The translations under genes were made by a program, and so were the position numbers. Shown here in pieces: positions 32,111 through 44,132 of a DNA stretch of 64,000 nt (positions are counted from its first letter, which is position 1; each line of letters starts with the position of its first letter). The DNA comes from Camelus ferus (Eukaryota). The notes beneath the pieces were generated by a model. It was not told the origin of the DNA. It saw only the letters and a program-made list of their open reading frames with translations, and searched no databases. The stretch is from contig NC_045704.1 in assembly GCF_009834535.1 (NCBI RefSeq), positions 9,300,001 to 9,364,000 of the forward strand, written 5' to 3'.

Positions 32111-34879
32111 TACCTTCTTTGACCACTGGCACCATCTCTTCTCAGAATTACTGGGCAACAGCCTCCTCCCTGGCCTCCCTGCCTCCATCCTCATCCCCCT
32201 TCCTTCTCTTCTCCACCCAGTAGTCGGAATGACCTGGAAAAACCAGAGTCAGACCACAGCACTCCTCTGCTCAAAACCCTGCAGTGGCTCCCTGTTTCCT
32301 CAAAGACAAAACCAGAGTCCTAACCATGGCCTTGAAGGCCCTCCGTGATACCCCTCCCCAACCTGACCACACAGACATCTCTCTGACCTCACTTCCCCAC
32401 ACCCTGCTCCTGCCCACTCTGCTGCATTCACACTGGCCTACTTGCAGTTCCTCGAGTGTGTTCCAGCTCCAGCTGTTCCTGCTGCCTGGAATGCTCTTCC
32501 TCTGATAAGCACAGAGCTCAGTGCCTCCCTGCCTTCAAACTTGTGTTCACATGACATGTGCTCAGTGAGGCCTCCCTGGACACCCAGCTTAAAATTTACC
32601 ACGGCGTCTGAACCCCTGGCACCCCTGTTACCCCTGTTCTACTTTTCACTTTTTCTACGGTACTTGCTGCCTCCTAACATACCATGTATTTTACTTATTA
32701 CATTTCGCTTTTGTGTCTGCCTGCCCTCGCCACCATAAGCCCCACAAGGGGAAAGATCTTTGTTTGCTGACGAATCCCAAGCACACAGAACGCTGCCTGG
32801 CCTTTAGTAGCTGCTCAATAAATACGATGTTTGTTGAATGAACACCTCATTCTGTCAGGCACTCTGCCAGGGGCGATGGACAGACGCCCTGCTCTCCTGG
32901 GGCTGTACTCATCAGGCAAGATGGAGACAAACACATAAGCCAACAAATAATGATAAATTTCGATGGGTCGTGAAGACCAGACAGTGAAGTGAACAGAGTA
33001 TGGGAGCGGAGACTGGGAAGATGCTCTGGGTGACATTTTAAGGCGGGCCTAGGACTGGAGGAGGTTGGGGAAGAAAGAAGATGGGGTGGAAAGCTCTCCA
33101 GGCATATAGCACTCTCGTGCGAATGTCCCCAGGTCAGACAAGGCTTGGTGTATACCAGGGACAGATGGAAAGAAGGCCCAGGAGGCCTCAGGGAGAGTGC
33201 TTATGGATCTTTTGAGAGTTTGGGATGTATTCAAAATGCAGTGTGTTGGCGGCTCTTGAAAGCTTTTTAGCAGGGGTGGGGCCTGTTGGGATTTCAGGAG
33301 TCATAAAGGGTGGACTCCCTTTCTGACTCCTCCAGCCACTGCCCGTTTCTGTAAACAAAGTCTGACTGAAACATGGCCATGCTTAAGCCTTAGGCCGCTC
33401 TGGGGCTAAGGCAGCAGAACTGAGTAGGTTGGGACAGAAACCCCCAGGGCCTGCAATATCAAGAACCTTAAGGTCCTGTAGATTTCACCCATCCCCACTG
33501 CCACCAGCCTGCTCATGGCCTCTACGTGCCTGCCCACCGCCCTGTCAATGCACCCAGGAGCCCCCTAGTGCTTGAAGTAAACAACACATTGGCCACCTCA
33601 GCCTAGGCCAGTGATGGAACTGCTGACCGCTTACCTCTGACCTCAGCACCTCCCACCCAGCCTGGCTGGCTTCCTGGTGGCCCCCATAACTCAGCCAGCA
33701 CGGTCCCCTTGCCGGATCTTTGCACCTGCTGTTCCCTCTTCTCGGGCTGCTTTTCCCATAGACCTTCCTGCAGCCCGAATGACACTCCCTCAGACAGGTC
33801 TGCCCTGCCCACCCCTCCCTTTCTATCCCCCGGACCCTGACTTCGAACCCTGACTTCGTGTTTTTCAAAGCCGTCATCACTCGCCCACTTGATGATGGCA
33901 TATACTTACTCGCTGTCTGGCTTCCCCACGAGGACGTAAGCTCCTTGAGAGCAGAGGTTTTGCCCCTTTTACTCTCTGCCATATCCCCAGACATCCTGCC
34001 TGCCACATGGTAGGTGTTCAAATTAAATCGTACTGAGTGAATGAGGGGGTCCAGAAGGTAATCCACCTGCCAGGATTAAATGCGCTCAAGCATGCAAACT
34101 AGAACAGGGCCTCCACCCAGAGTAAACAATAACCATTCCCATCATCGTTCTGCCTGTTGGGTGGATTTGGTGATACAGCTCAGTCTGACCACCACCTCTG
34201 TCTTGTCCCAAGTTGGGGGGACGGGGGGCGTCCCAAGTCACTTGACCCCTCCTGCCTTCAGTGTCCTTGTGTGTTAACCGGGCCAGAATCTGCACCCTGC
34301 GTGCTAGGACTGAAGGTCACGTGTGCCAGGCCCCCACAGGCCCATCTGCCACAAACTAGTTACTATGACTGTTCGGCTGCGGGTGTCTCTGCACCTTCCT
34401 GCCTCCTTCTCCAGAAGCTGAGGCCCACGAGGGCTTGTCAGGATGCGGGGGCCGGCTGGGGCCCATCCTGCCGGGCTGCGAGGCCTTGGGAGGGGCCCCC
34501 GACCCCCCGCACGGTGAGCAGGAGAAAGCCGGTCCAGCTTCCGGTCCTCGCTCTCCAAGCGCCGACACCGGGCCGCCCGGGGCGTTCCGGGCCCGTTTTC
34601 AGGCAACTGTGTGTCCGCTTCCCATACGGGGACTGAGTCCCGGCGAAGGCCTGACTGGCTGGAAGCCACAGTCAGTCACAGGCAAGGCCGGGCCCTGAAA
34701 GGAGGCCCAGGGACTCTCCCTTCTTCCTCGGCACCACGAGGGACTGCGGCGTCCACGTCTCACAGGAGGTAACTGAGGCCCGGCGTCATGCCCGGGGCCT
34801 GGCCGGGGCCATAGGTCACACATTTGCGGGCCAGGCGTCTAATCCTTCAACGCCGTGCTGACTGGTCTTGGAACCTCCG

Positions 34880-35831
34880 CGACACAGCACGCAGGTCACA
34901 TGTCATTCCTGGCACAAAATGGCGCCTCACTGACAAACATACCTCAATTCCCAGCGCCCACCACCACTGCGGGCTGAGGAAGGGGCGCGGGCGTCCGCGC
35001 GCACTTATTTGCATACATAAAACCCAACGAACTTAATTGGCTGCGAGCGCCTAGGTCCGCGCTAGGCAGGGTCCCCATTGGTCGCTCTCCGTCTATCCCG
35101 CCCCCACCACCTGGTACTGCCTTCTCCGTCAAGGATTAGCCCGAGCGCATCTCGTGACGCTACGCCACGAATATGCGTCCCTATTGGCCGGGGTACCTTC
35201 CATCATCCTTTTAAAACCCCCCCAAGTCCCGCCTCCCTTCGCCCCGCCCAGGCTCCCAGGCCGACCGTTAGTCGCGTGCGCGATTTCCTAGGCGTCAGGG
35301 CGCGCGCGCGTACGCCGGCGTCTCATTCAAACCGCCCAATCAACGGTCGCGTCGTTCTTCACGTCCTCTTCCTCTCAACTTCCCCTTCTCCACCGCCCTA
35401 CTCTCCCGGATCCCTTCCTCGACCCCTGCGCGCTCCCATTGGCCGGCCTGCTTCGAGCCCCCTCCCCAGCTTCTCCCGCCTCTGCCTGCCGCTTTCGGGA
35501 AGGGAGCGAGCGCGTCGAACGCCAAGGACCGTGCGCGCTGACGTCGCGGGTCGGGACGCGGCGCTTCGGGGCCGCGGGGGGGGCGTGGCCTGCAGCTGGA
35601 TATAAAAGGGCGGCGGTGCGCGCGCGGCCGGCTTAGTGCGGCCGGGGACCGGGGTGGGTGGAGCTGCAGCCGCGGTACGCTGCGGGCGTCGGAGGCAGCG
35701 GGGAGCGGAGCGGGGCCGCTGGGGCCTCGCCAGGGCCGCAGCGGCAGCAGTTGGGCCCCCCGCCCCGGCCGGCGGCCGGAAAGCGCAGGAAGGGGGCTGG
35801 GGGGACCCGCCCCCGGCCAGCCGCAGTCATG
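34880..35831 (+). promoter_or_regulatory. UBE2S: UBE2S CpG-island promoter and exon 1
   Basis: TATAAAA 35601-35607; five CCAAT/ATTGG boxes (35036, 35077, 35183, 35336, 35438); CHR-like TTCAAA 35326; octamer ATTTGCAT 35007; YY1-type AAAATGGCG 34916. Confidence 0.8.
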
Positions 35832-38800
35832 GTGAGCGCGGTGTCCAGGCCTGGGAGGAGTGGTCGGGGGCGGAGGCGGGGCCTCAGGAGCCTCTCGCGG
35901 GCGGCTTGGGGCGTTGGAGCATCCACCTGGGGGGGTCCCGGGCCAGGGATGGGCACAGGGGCCTTCCTGTAGCGGTGCAGAAGGGGAAGGCCCGGCTGAG
36001 CCCCGGGAAATGCTCCAAGCTTTTTGGCCCGCCCGTAGGTGTTCCGGGAGCAACTACGCTCCGCCGCCGTCTCCATGCTCGAGCTGGGGTTTCCAGGGTT
36101 AGGTGGGGAAGGGAACCAGGATAGGCCTCCGCCCTACGCGGAATCATTGAGGGGCTACGAGGGGGCTTTTGGGGAAGGTGGAGTCATCCTCAAGCCCCTC
36201 GGAAATCCGCCCAATTTCTAGTGGGAGACCAGACTGAGACGGTCGCCGGAAGCATCCCGGGTTGAGGGGATCTGGGAGCTGGGGGTGATTGACAGCCTGG
36301 GCCTGCAGGGACAAGACTAGGGCTGCCACCGCATCCTAGATCCTGCGGAAGGTCCTGGGCCCCGGCTCTGCCCGCGGCTCACCCCCTTCTCTCCTACCCA
36401 GAACTCCAACGTGGAGAACCTGCCCCCCCACATCATCCGCCTGGTGTACAAGGAGGTGACGACGCTGACAGCTGACCCACCTGATGGCATCAAGGTCTTT
36501 CCCAACGAGGAAGACCTCACCGACTTGCAAGTCACCATTGAGGGCCCTGGTGAGTGTGGGAACGAGAGGCAGGAGGGCACTTCCTAGATCCTTGTCATCT
36601 TGAGAGCAGGGCTAGGGGCCCCCAGTATAAGTGGACATGACAGGCACACCTGTTAGTCCTTGTGCTCATGGTGTGCAGGGAAGGACATGAGAAATGACAA
36701 ATAATTGTGTATACGTTCCTGTAAGTGTTGTGAGAAAATCCTGGGGGCCAGGAAAGAATATAATTAATGGGGGCCTTACCTGGGTTTGGGTGTTCCTCAG
36801 TCCTGAAGTGTGGGAGTGGGAAGAAGGTGCCAGGTGATGAGAATCATATTAGCAAAGGCCTGGAGGGCAGGCTGGATGATCTCAAACTCCTTCCTGCCGT
36901 CAGTGTCCGAGGCTCTGGGGACCAAACCGAGAAGGAGCCAGCTGCCGACTTAGGGGAAATACCAACCATAGCCAAATGATTACACGTGATCATGCAGAGT
37001 GGTTCAGCGTGTCACTTCACGCACTACGTTTCCGTTGCTAACAGTTGAATTTCTACAGTTTAAGCGAAGATGTTACAAGAGTGTGTGATGAAGGACCTAG
37101 TCTGGAGTTGGGTTTGTTGGGGTGTGGGTCAGGGAAGACTTCAGAGTTGCTGGCCTTGATGTGGGTGGCAGGGTGGGGATCCCCCAAGGCCCGTGGCAGG
37201 CGCAGTGTGTGCTTTATAAGAACAGAAAGGAGAAAAAAGACGAGCTTTTAGGACTTGTAGGCCTCTTCAAGGAGTTTGGAAAGGAAGCCATTGGTGGGTG
37301 TAAAGCAGGGGTAACAGATCACTTCAGAGTTTGACTTCAGTGGGGACGGGGCTGGGGTAGAAGCTGGCTGGAGGCTGGTCAGGAAGCCCTTGACCGTTGC
37401 TGGCAGCCATCAGGTGAGAAAAGCCGTTCGGCTGGACTTGGAGGTGGGGTCTGATTCAGGAGGGGACCTGGAGCTCAGCTGCCCAGGCTACTGATTGGTT
37501 GGATGTGGGGGCTGGGGCGTGAGGAATAGCCATGGGTCTGGAACAACTCCCCACGGTTTTTTGACCTGATCCAAGTGGGTGAATGAGAAGCTGCAGCAGG
37601 GAAGACCGTGGAGTTCACAGAACTGTCCTGACATGGGCCTGAGAGGCTGCCAGGTAGACGTTTTTCCAGGAAGATGAGAGGGTGTGCAGTGTCTGTGTCT
37701 CTTGGGAAGGGTGTGCGACCGTGCCTTGCTTAGGAGTGAATAGGCACTGCGGGTGGAGACCAGGGCTTGGTGGTGACACGAGTCTAAAGGGTTAACTCAG
37801 GTGGGGATGTGTGCTTGTGACCCTCTGGAAGCCTAGCCCCATCCTGGTTTCAGGAATCCCCCAGTCTGGTGGAAGAGGCAGTGGGGCACTTGCCTCAGGG
37901 CCAGACTGTGGAGACTGGGCTTTGGGGTTGTTCGGGGTGCCTGGGAGTCCTAAGCCTCCTGACCCAGTCCCCCTCCCTGCATTCCAGAGGGGACCCCATA
38001 CGCCGGAGGCCTGTTCCGTATGAAACTCCTCCTGGGGAAGGACTTTCCTGCCTCCCCGCCCAAGGGCTACTTCCTGACCAAGATCTTCCACCCAAACGTG
38101 GGCGCCAACGGTGAGATCTGTGTCAATGTGCTCAAGAGGGACTGGACAGCTGAGCTGGGCATCCGGCATGTGCTGCTGGTGAGTTTGGCTGGGACTGGGC
38201 CTCCCTCCTGACTTCCCAATGATGTCCCAGCCACAGAGCCTTGTTTCTTTTTTAAAATCAACTCAAGTGGTTGGGGGCTTCCATGGAAGAATCCAGGTTT
38301 CCAGCTTTTCTGGAAGGAACAGTGGACAGTTCCCCAGGCATCTTCCCTGCAGAACAAGTGATGGGTTTGTGTAGTGGGACGACTTTCTGATAGGTACAAG
38401 ACAAGCGTCTGGCTAGGGTTAACATGATGTTTTGTTTTTTTGTGGAGGTAGTGGGGATTGAACCTGGGACCTCATGCATGCTAAGCATGCGCTCTGCCAC
38501 TGAGCTATACCCACCCCCACTCTGGCTAGGGTTAAGATATGATTTATGTGTCAAAATTCAGTGTCCTGAAGTATGCAGTTCATTGGTGTTTCAGTAGTTA
38601 CAGCTTTTGCAGCTATTATCACTGGTAATCCCAGAATATTTTCATAAACCATTACTTTTCAACCAGGAGTGCTTTTGCTCCACTGGGGACATTTTTAGTT
38701 GTCACAGCTGAGGGTGCTACCAGAACCTGCAGGGGGGAGACAGGGAAGCTGCTGCACAGTCTGCAGTGCAGGGCCCCACCCCCCAGCACCACCCAGGCCC

Positions 38801-40144
38801 GGGTCAGGTGAGGTGGGGACACCAGACTGTGGGGTGTCTAGTGTGTAGGGTACCGACTGCCCCTCCACCCCTCACAAATTTAAGTTCTTGTTGAAAACTG
38901 AATTTCTAATTAGCCCCTGGGGCAGATGGTAGGAAGGGGAATTGGGGTTTCCTGCAGGGCCCTGGGGAGGATTGAGCACCAAGGTAAACAGACCCCAAAC
39001 TTCCCCCTCCTCTCCCTGGAGTGTCAGTGGTGGCGGCCAGGGACAGGGGAGATGAGCTCACAGAATAACTCTAGGTGTCCCCAGTGAGCCCCGGGGCCTG
39101 CAGTGCAGGGCCCAGGCTGGGCGCAGCTGTGGGAGGGCAGCTGCAGGAAGGACTGGCAGCCAGACCTCTGTTTGGGGGTGCAGTGGTCAGGATTAGGGCG
39201 TGATCCTGGGTCCCTTGTGATCATCAGTGGTGTCTGCTGTGCCAGGTGCTTTGCGTGTGTCACAACAGCCCTGGGGGCATCTTGTCACCACCCCCATTTA
39301 CAGGCGAGAGATCATTTCACCTGCTCAAGGCCAGGCATGTTCAGGGTTCCTTTTCAGAAAAAAAGTGGAGGTAGAACACAGTGGCTTAGGGGCCACCTTA
39401 GAAGAGCCACAGGGGCTGCTGGTCACACTTGTCAGCCCTTACTTACCCCTCAGTTAAAGTTGGCGGGTGAGAAATACTGAAGACTCACTCCCTTCCTGGA
39501 CTGCCCTCTGGATGTCCCCCTTCTTGGGTATGGCTGGCCCTGCCCTTGGGGTTCCCGTTAAAGCCAGTGACAGCTCTGGGTTTAAGCATCTTCCGGTAGC
39601 GGGGGAAAGTGGAGCTTTGCAGGCCGGGTGTGAGTTCCTACATTTCCCCCCACCTCGCTTTCTGAGTGACCCTGGGCAAGTCCCTTGCCTCCCTGGTCCA
39701 GGCCTCAGTCACTGATGAGCGGGCCTGTGTGGTGTGGGCAGAGCCAGTGTGTGATCTGGTGGGGAGCAGCCAGTGCAGAGCCACAAGGCCAGATGTGAGA
39801 GGCTTGGGAGGCCCCTGATCCTGGCCTTCTTCCCACAGACCATCAAGTGCCTGCTGATCCACCCCAACCCTGAGTCTGCCCTCAACGAGGAGGCGGGCCG
39901 CCTGCTCCTGGAGAACTACGAGGAGTACGCGGCGCGCGCACGCCTGCTCACAGAGATCCACGGGGGCGCGGGCGCAGGGGGGGCCGGGGCCAGCGGGGCT
40001 GCAGCCTCCTCCACCGACTCCATGGCCCCCGGAGGCCTGGGAGGGGCCGAGGGTCCCATGGCCAAGAAGCACGCAGGCGAGCGCGACAAGAAGCTGGCGG
40101 CCAAGAAAAAGACGGACAAGAAGCGGGCACTGCGGCGGCTGTAG
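35829..40144 (+). CDS. UBE2S: Ubiquitin-conjugating enzyme E2 S (215 aa)
   Basis: Exons 35829-35831 (ATG only), 36402-36549, 37988-38178, 39839-40144. Reads [20 protein letters not shown]..., active-site [16 protein letters not shown], basic tail [19 protein letters not shown] at 40261. Confidence 0.98.
38430..38520 (-). mobile_element. tRNA-Ala(AGC)-derived SINE, short form, in UBE2S intron 3
   Basis: Reverse complement is gggtatagctcagtggcagagcgcatgcttagcatgcatgaggtcccaggttcaatccccactacctcca plus an A-tail. Target-site duplication tctggctagggttaa at 38408-38422 and 38521-38535. Confidence 0.88.
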
Positions 40145-40959
40145 TGGGCTCTCCACTTCCTCCGCCCCCGACCTGACCCCCGACTCTGTCTCTAAGTTAT
40201 TTAAATTATGGCTGGGGTGGGGGAGGGCACGGGGGCCTGGGACCTGGATTTGTTTTTCTAAATAAAGTTGGAAAAGCAGCTGCTATGCCTCTGCTGGCTT
40301 CGCACAGTCGGTGCCCTGGCCCCTAAGCACGTGCACAGGTTCCCCCACCCACCAGGCCTCCTGTTGGGGTCTGAGGGTGCAGTGGGCTAGTCATGGCCCC
40401 GCTCAGGCTGGTGACGGGTGTGAGGTGTCCACCCTGCACTGGGGCGCCTGAGCCAGCTCGCCTCAAAATTGTTCCGTTGTATTTCTGTGTAAGAAGTCTC
40501 AATCCCAGGCTTCAGGCAATACCTGTCTTAGAATTTGTGTTGGTTGTAAACCCGGGTGAGGTGAGCTGGTCACTGCTCAGGCCTTAGAACTGAAGTTGAA
40601 CCTGCCAGGCGTGTTCCTTTCTAGGGCCCTCTTCTCGTGGTTGGGGGTTTAGGCCTGGGGGCTATAAGCTCCTGGAAGCTGTTGGAGCTCTTACCCCAAG
40701 TGATGGCTGGTGAGCTGACTGCAGGACCATATCCCAGCACTTCCAGGGGTGGGGGTGGAACCTGGCGCTTGGCCCTTCTTTGACCTCTTCATCTGCAGGA
40801 GGGCAGAATGGCTGTCACTGTATCTTGGACTACAGTGGAGGGTCAGGGGTAAGGGCCGCAAAGTGGGGACAGGTGTCAGAGTTCTCAGCTGGTGGAAGAG
40901 TGGGGAGCTGTGGGTCTTGGCAGAAACCACTGAATGCATACACAGGGAAGCCAACAAAA

Positions 40960-41420
40960 TTGTTGGGCCCCAAGGACACAGTATCAAAAATGATCATGAA
41001 CAAAATACAAAGGAAACCCTGTCCACTCAATGGTATATGGATTTTCGTAGTTGCTTCCTTTGTAATAGGCAAAAACTGGAAATAACCCAAATGCCCAGCA
41101 GATAAATGAGTAAAGGAATTGTGAATTTACACCATGGAGTACTAAGCAAAACTGATACACAAAACAAGTTAAGTGAAGCCAAATACAAAATACTTGGTTC
41201 CATGTATATGAAATTAATCAAACAGGCAAAACTAATCACTAATAGCCAAAAGCAGATCATTGGCTGGCTGGGGTCAGGGAGGGTAAAGTGTATGGGGGAG
41301 TGGGGGAGGCTTTTGGGGTGACAAGCATATCCCAGATCTTGTGGTGGTCACATGAGTGCATAGTTAATTATCAGAACTTAAACTATGTACTTAGGTGTAT
41401 TTTGTGTAAAATATCTAAGA
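40960..41420 (+). mobile_element. Old L1 ORF2 C-terminus/3' UTR relic
   Basis: aaaaactggaaataacccaaatgcccagcagataaatgagtaaagg...atgaaattaatcaaacaggcaaaactaatc. Confidence 0.65.
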
Positions 41421-41431
41421 AATTTTTTTTA

Positions 41432-41560
41432 GGGGGCAAGGTATAGCTCAGTGGTAGAGTGCATACCTAACATGCACGAGGTCCTGGGTTCAATCCCCAG
41501 TACTCCCCCTCAAAAAACTAATTACCGCCCCCCCCCCAATTTTTTAATCAAGAACTTCTG
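41432..41560 (+). mobile_element. tRNA-Ala-derived camelid-type SINE (vic-1-like)
   Basis: ggtatagctcagtggtagagtgc...gaggtcctgggttcaatccccagtac followed by a ctaattacc-C-run 3' part. Confidence 0.85.
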
Positions 41561-43341
41561 TTTAAAGTAGAATGCAAGACAAGTCAGTGAGGGACAGAAG
41601 ACAGCTGCAAGACATACAACTGGAAAAGACAAATCCAAACAATATCTAAAGAGCTCCTACAAATGAAAGAAAACACAAAGGTTGCCCAAAGCACTTGCAC
41701 AAACACTTCACAAAAGTCCCTTCCCAGTGACTACTCAGCACACTCAGAGAGCCCCCTCGTTATTAGTACCCGGGGCGGGGAAAGGCAGTGAAACCCATAG
41801 TTGATAGCACTGCGCTCCCGCGAAACTTGCCACAGTGATAACGTCCAATACCGAGTGTGGCCCGGGCTACAGAGCCGCGGGGCCTCTCCAGGACCAGGGT
41901 ATGATCCTGGCAGGAACGGGAAGCGGTAAAAGGCACAAGGAGACCGGGCAGTGAGGCCCAAAGCATGACCATCTCATTACTCAGCATTCCTCGCACCTGT
42001 ACCACAGGCAGCAAGCACACCTGTCCCAAATGCAGACAGTCCAAAGGTCCTTGCACATTCGAGGAGCGACACTGTACCACACCAGTCATGAACCACCTCT
42101 ACCTGCAGCCGCACAGAAAATCTCCTCGTCAGCCCAACAAGTCACAAGAGACCTTAGCACACAAAACAGTCAAAACCAAGTTGTGCTGCTAGACATACCT
42201 ACTGAGGCTGCAAAGCTGTAAAAGCAAGAGATTGTTCCCATAAAGCTAGGGCTACTGGTTCTCTCTAGCCAGCAAGGAGTCCAGGATGGAAGTAAAAAAA
42301 TACGTTCTACACGTCTCTTTTCTGTGTATCTGCTATCACACCGAATTTTAAGAACATGAGTATGTACAGATGGGAACCAATCTCCAGAATATACTAAGTG
42401 GAAAAAAGGCAACATGCAAGATACGCTCCCATTTCTGTTAATTTTTTAAATTTTGTTTAAAATGGGATGCCTACGTGCTTATGCATCAAATGCTTCTGCA
42501 AGGTTACATTAGCACCTGCAGATACCAGCTCAAGAAAGGGGAGCTTGGAATACCATGTGAAATGTTACCCATTCAAAAAAGCAAAGATTTAGGGTTTTGC
42601 TTTTTTTTTAATTTAAAGATAACAAAGTTTTCTTCAATGAAATGGCTCCCTTATTCCCATCTCCCCAGCACCCAGTTCCTTTAATCAGGGACAACCAATG
42701 TCAGTAGGTTCTTAGGTATTTTTCTGAGGAAATTCTATGCCAAGACAAGCACATTTGAACATCTGTTCTTTTACATCCGTTGTTTTATTTGGGTATAACT
42801 AACGGTGACCTGTGCATCTTGGCTTTCAAACTTAACAGCACTCTTGGCCGTCTGTCCTATGGCACACAGTCCCTCCGTGCCCTTAGCTGCCATGCATGCC
42901 ACCGCATAGACGTGCCCCAATGTTTGTCACACAGCCTGGCCCAACTGACCTGCAACACTGGAAGGAATGACCTTTGTGCACAGCCTCTGGGGCACACAAG
43001 GAACAGATCTGTGGAGTGGATCTTTATAAGTGACATCACTGTGCCAGAGGGCACATTCATTTGTAATTTTGCACAATTGCCAAATGGTTCCCCGTGGGTG
43101 TGTTCCAATTTACACCATCAGTGTACACTTGCCATGCCTCACTAGCACTTTGCTTTTTACCGAAGTTTTGGAATTTTCTCAAAATTCTGAGAGGTGAACA
43201 CTACGTTAGTGTACTTCTAATAGACTTCAGTTTTTACAACAGTTTTGGATTTACAGAAAAAGTCATGAAGACAGTAGAGTGTCCCCCATTGCTGCATCTC
43301 CTCCGTAAATACTAAGTGAAGATGCTAAAATAAATATGCTG

Positions 43342-43826
43342 TCGACAGATGACTGGATAAAGAAGATGTGGTGTATATATACAATGGAATACTACTCAGC
43401 CATAAAAAAGAATGAAATTATGCCATTTGCAGCAGCATGGGTGGACCTGGAGATTATCATACTAAGTGAAGTAAGCTAAAAAGGGAAAGAAAAACACCAT
43501 ATGATACCACTTATATGTGAAATCTAAAAAAATTACACAAATGAACTTATCTACAAAACAGAAACAGACTCACAGACATACAAAACAGACTTATGGTTAC
43601 CTGGGGGAAAAGGGGTGGGAGGGATAAATTGGGAGTTTGGGATTTGCAGATACTGACTGCTGTACATAAAATAGATCAACAAGGTCCTGCTGCAGCACAG
43701 GAAACTGTATTCAGCACCTTGTAATGGCCTGTAATGGAAATATACGTATAACTGAATCACTTTGCTATATACCAAAGATCAGCACATAGTAAATCCACTA
43801 TAGTTCAATAAAAAAAATTAAATTAA
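43342..43826 (+). mobile_element. 5'-truncated L1 (ORF2 tail and 3' UTR), relatively young artiodactyl-type
   Basis: ggataaagaagatgtggtgtatatatacaatggaatactactcagccataaaaaagaatgaaattatgccatttgcagcagcatgg, ending in AATAAA and an A-tail. Confidence 0.9.
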
Positions 43827-43976
43827 AATGCTGGTTTTATCTGTAAGAGAGCACCACCAAGGGCCAGAGGGTGAACGTACTAGGTAAGAGTGAACTCAGG
43901 AGGCCTGGGGCACTCGAAGCCCACAAGTGGATAATTGTAAACAGTTTTCAAAACAAAACACAAGAAATACAGTGGT

Positions 43977-44132
43977 TGGGGGAAGGGTATAGCTCCGAAG
44001 TAGAGTGCGTGCTCTTAGCGGGCACGAGGTCCTGGGTTCCATCCCCAGAACCTCCGTTAAAATAAATATATAAAATAAATAAATAAATAAACCTAATTAC
44101 CTCCTCCCCTCCACCACTAAAAAAAAAAAGAA
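43977..44132 (+). mobile_element. tRNA-Ala-derived camelid-type SINE (vic-1-like)
   Basis: tRNA-like head, aaataaat repeats, acctaattacc, C-rich run and A-tail. Approximate TSD aagaaa..cagt on both sides. Confidence 0.85.
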
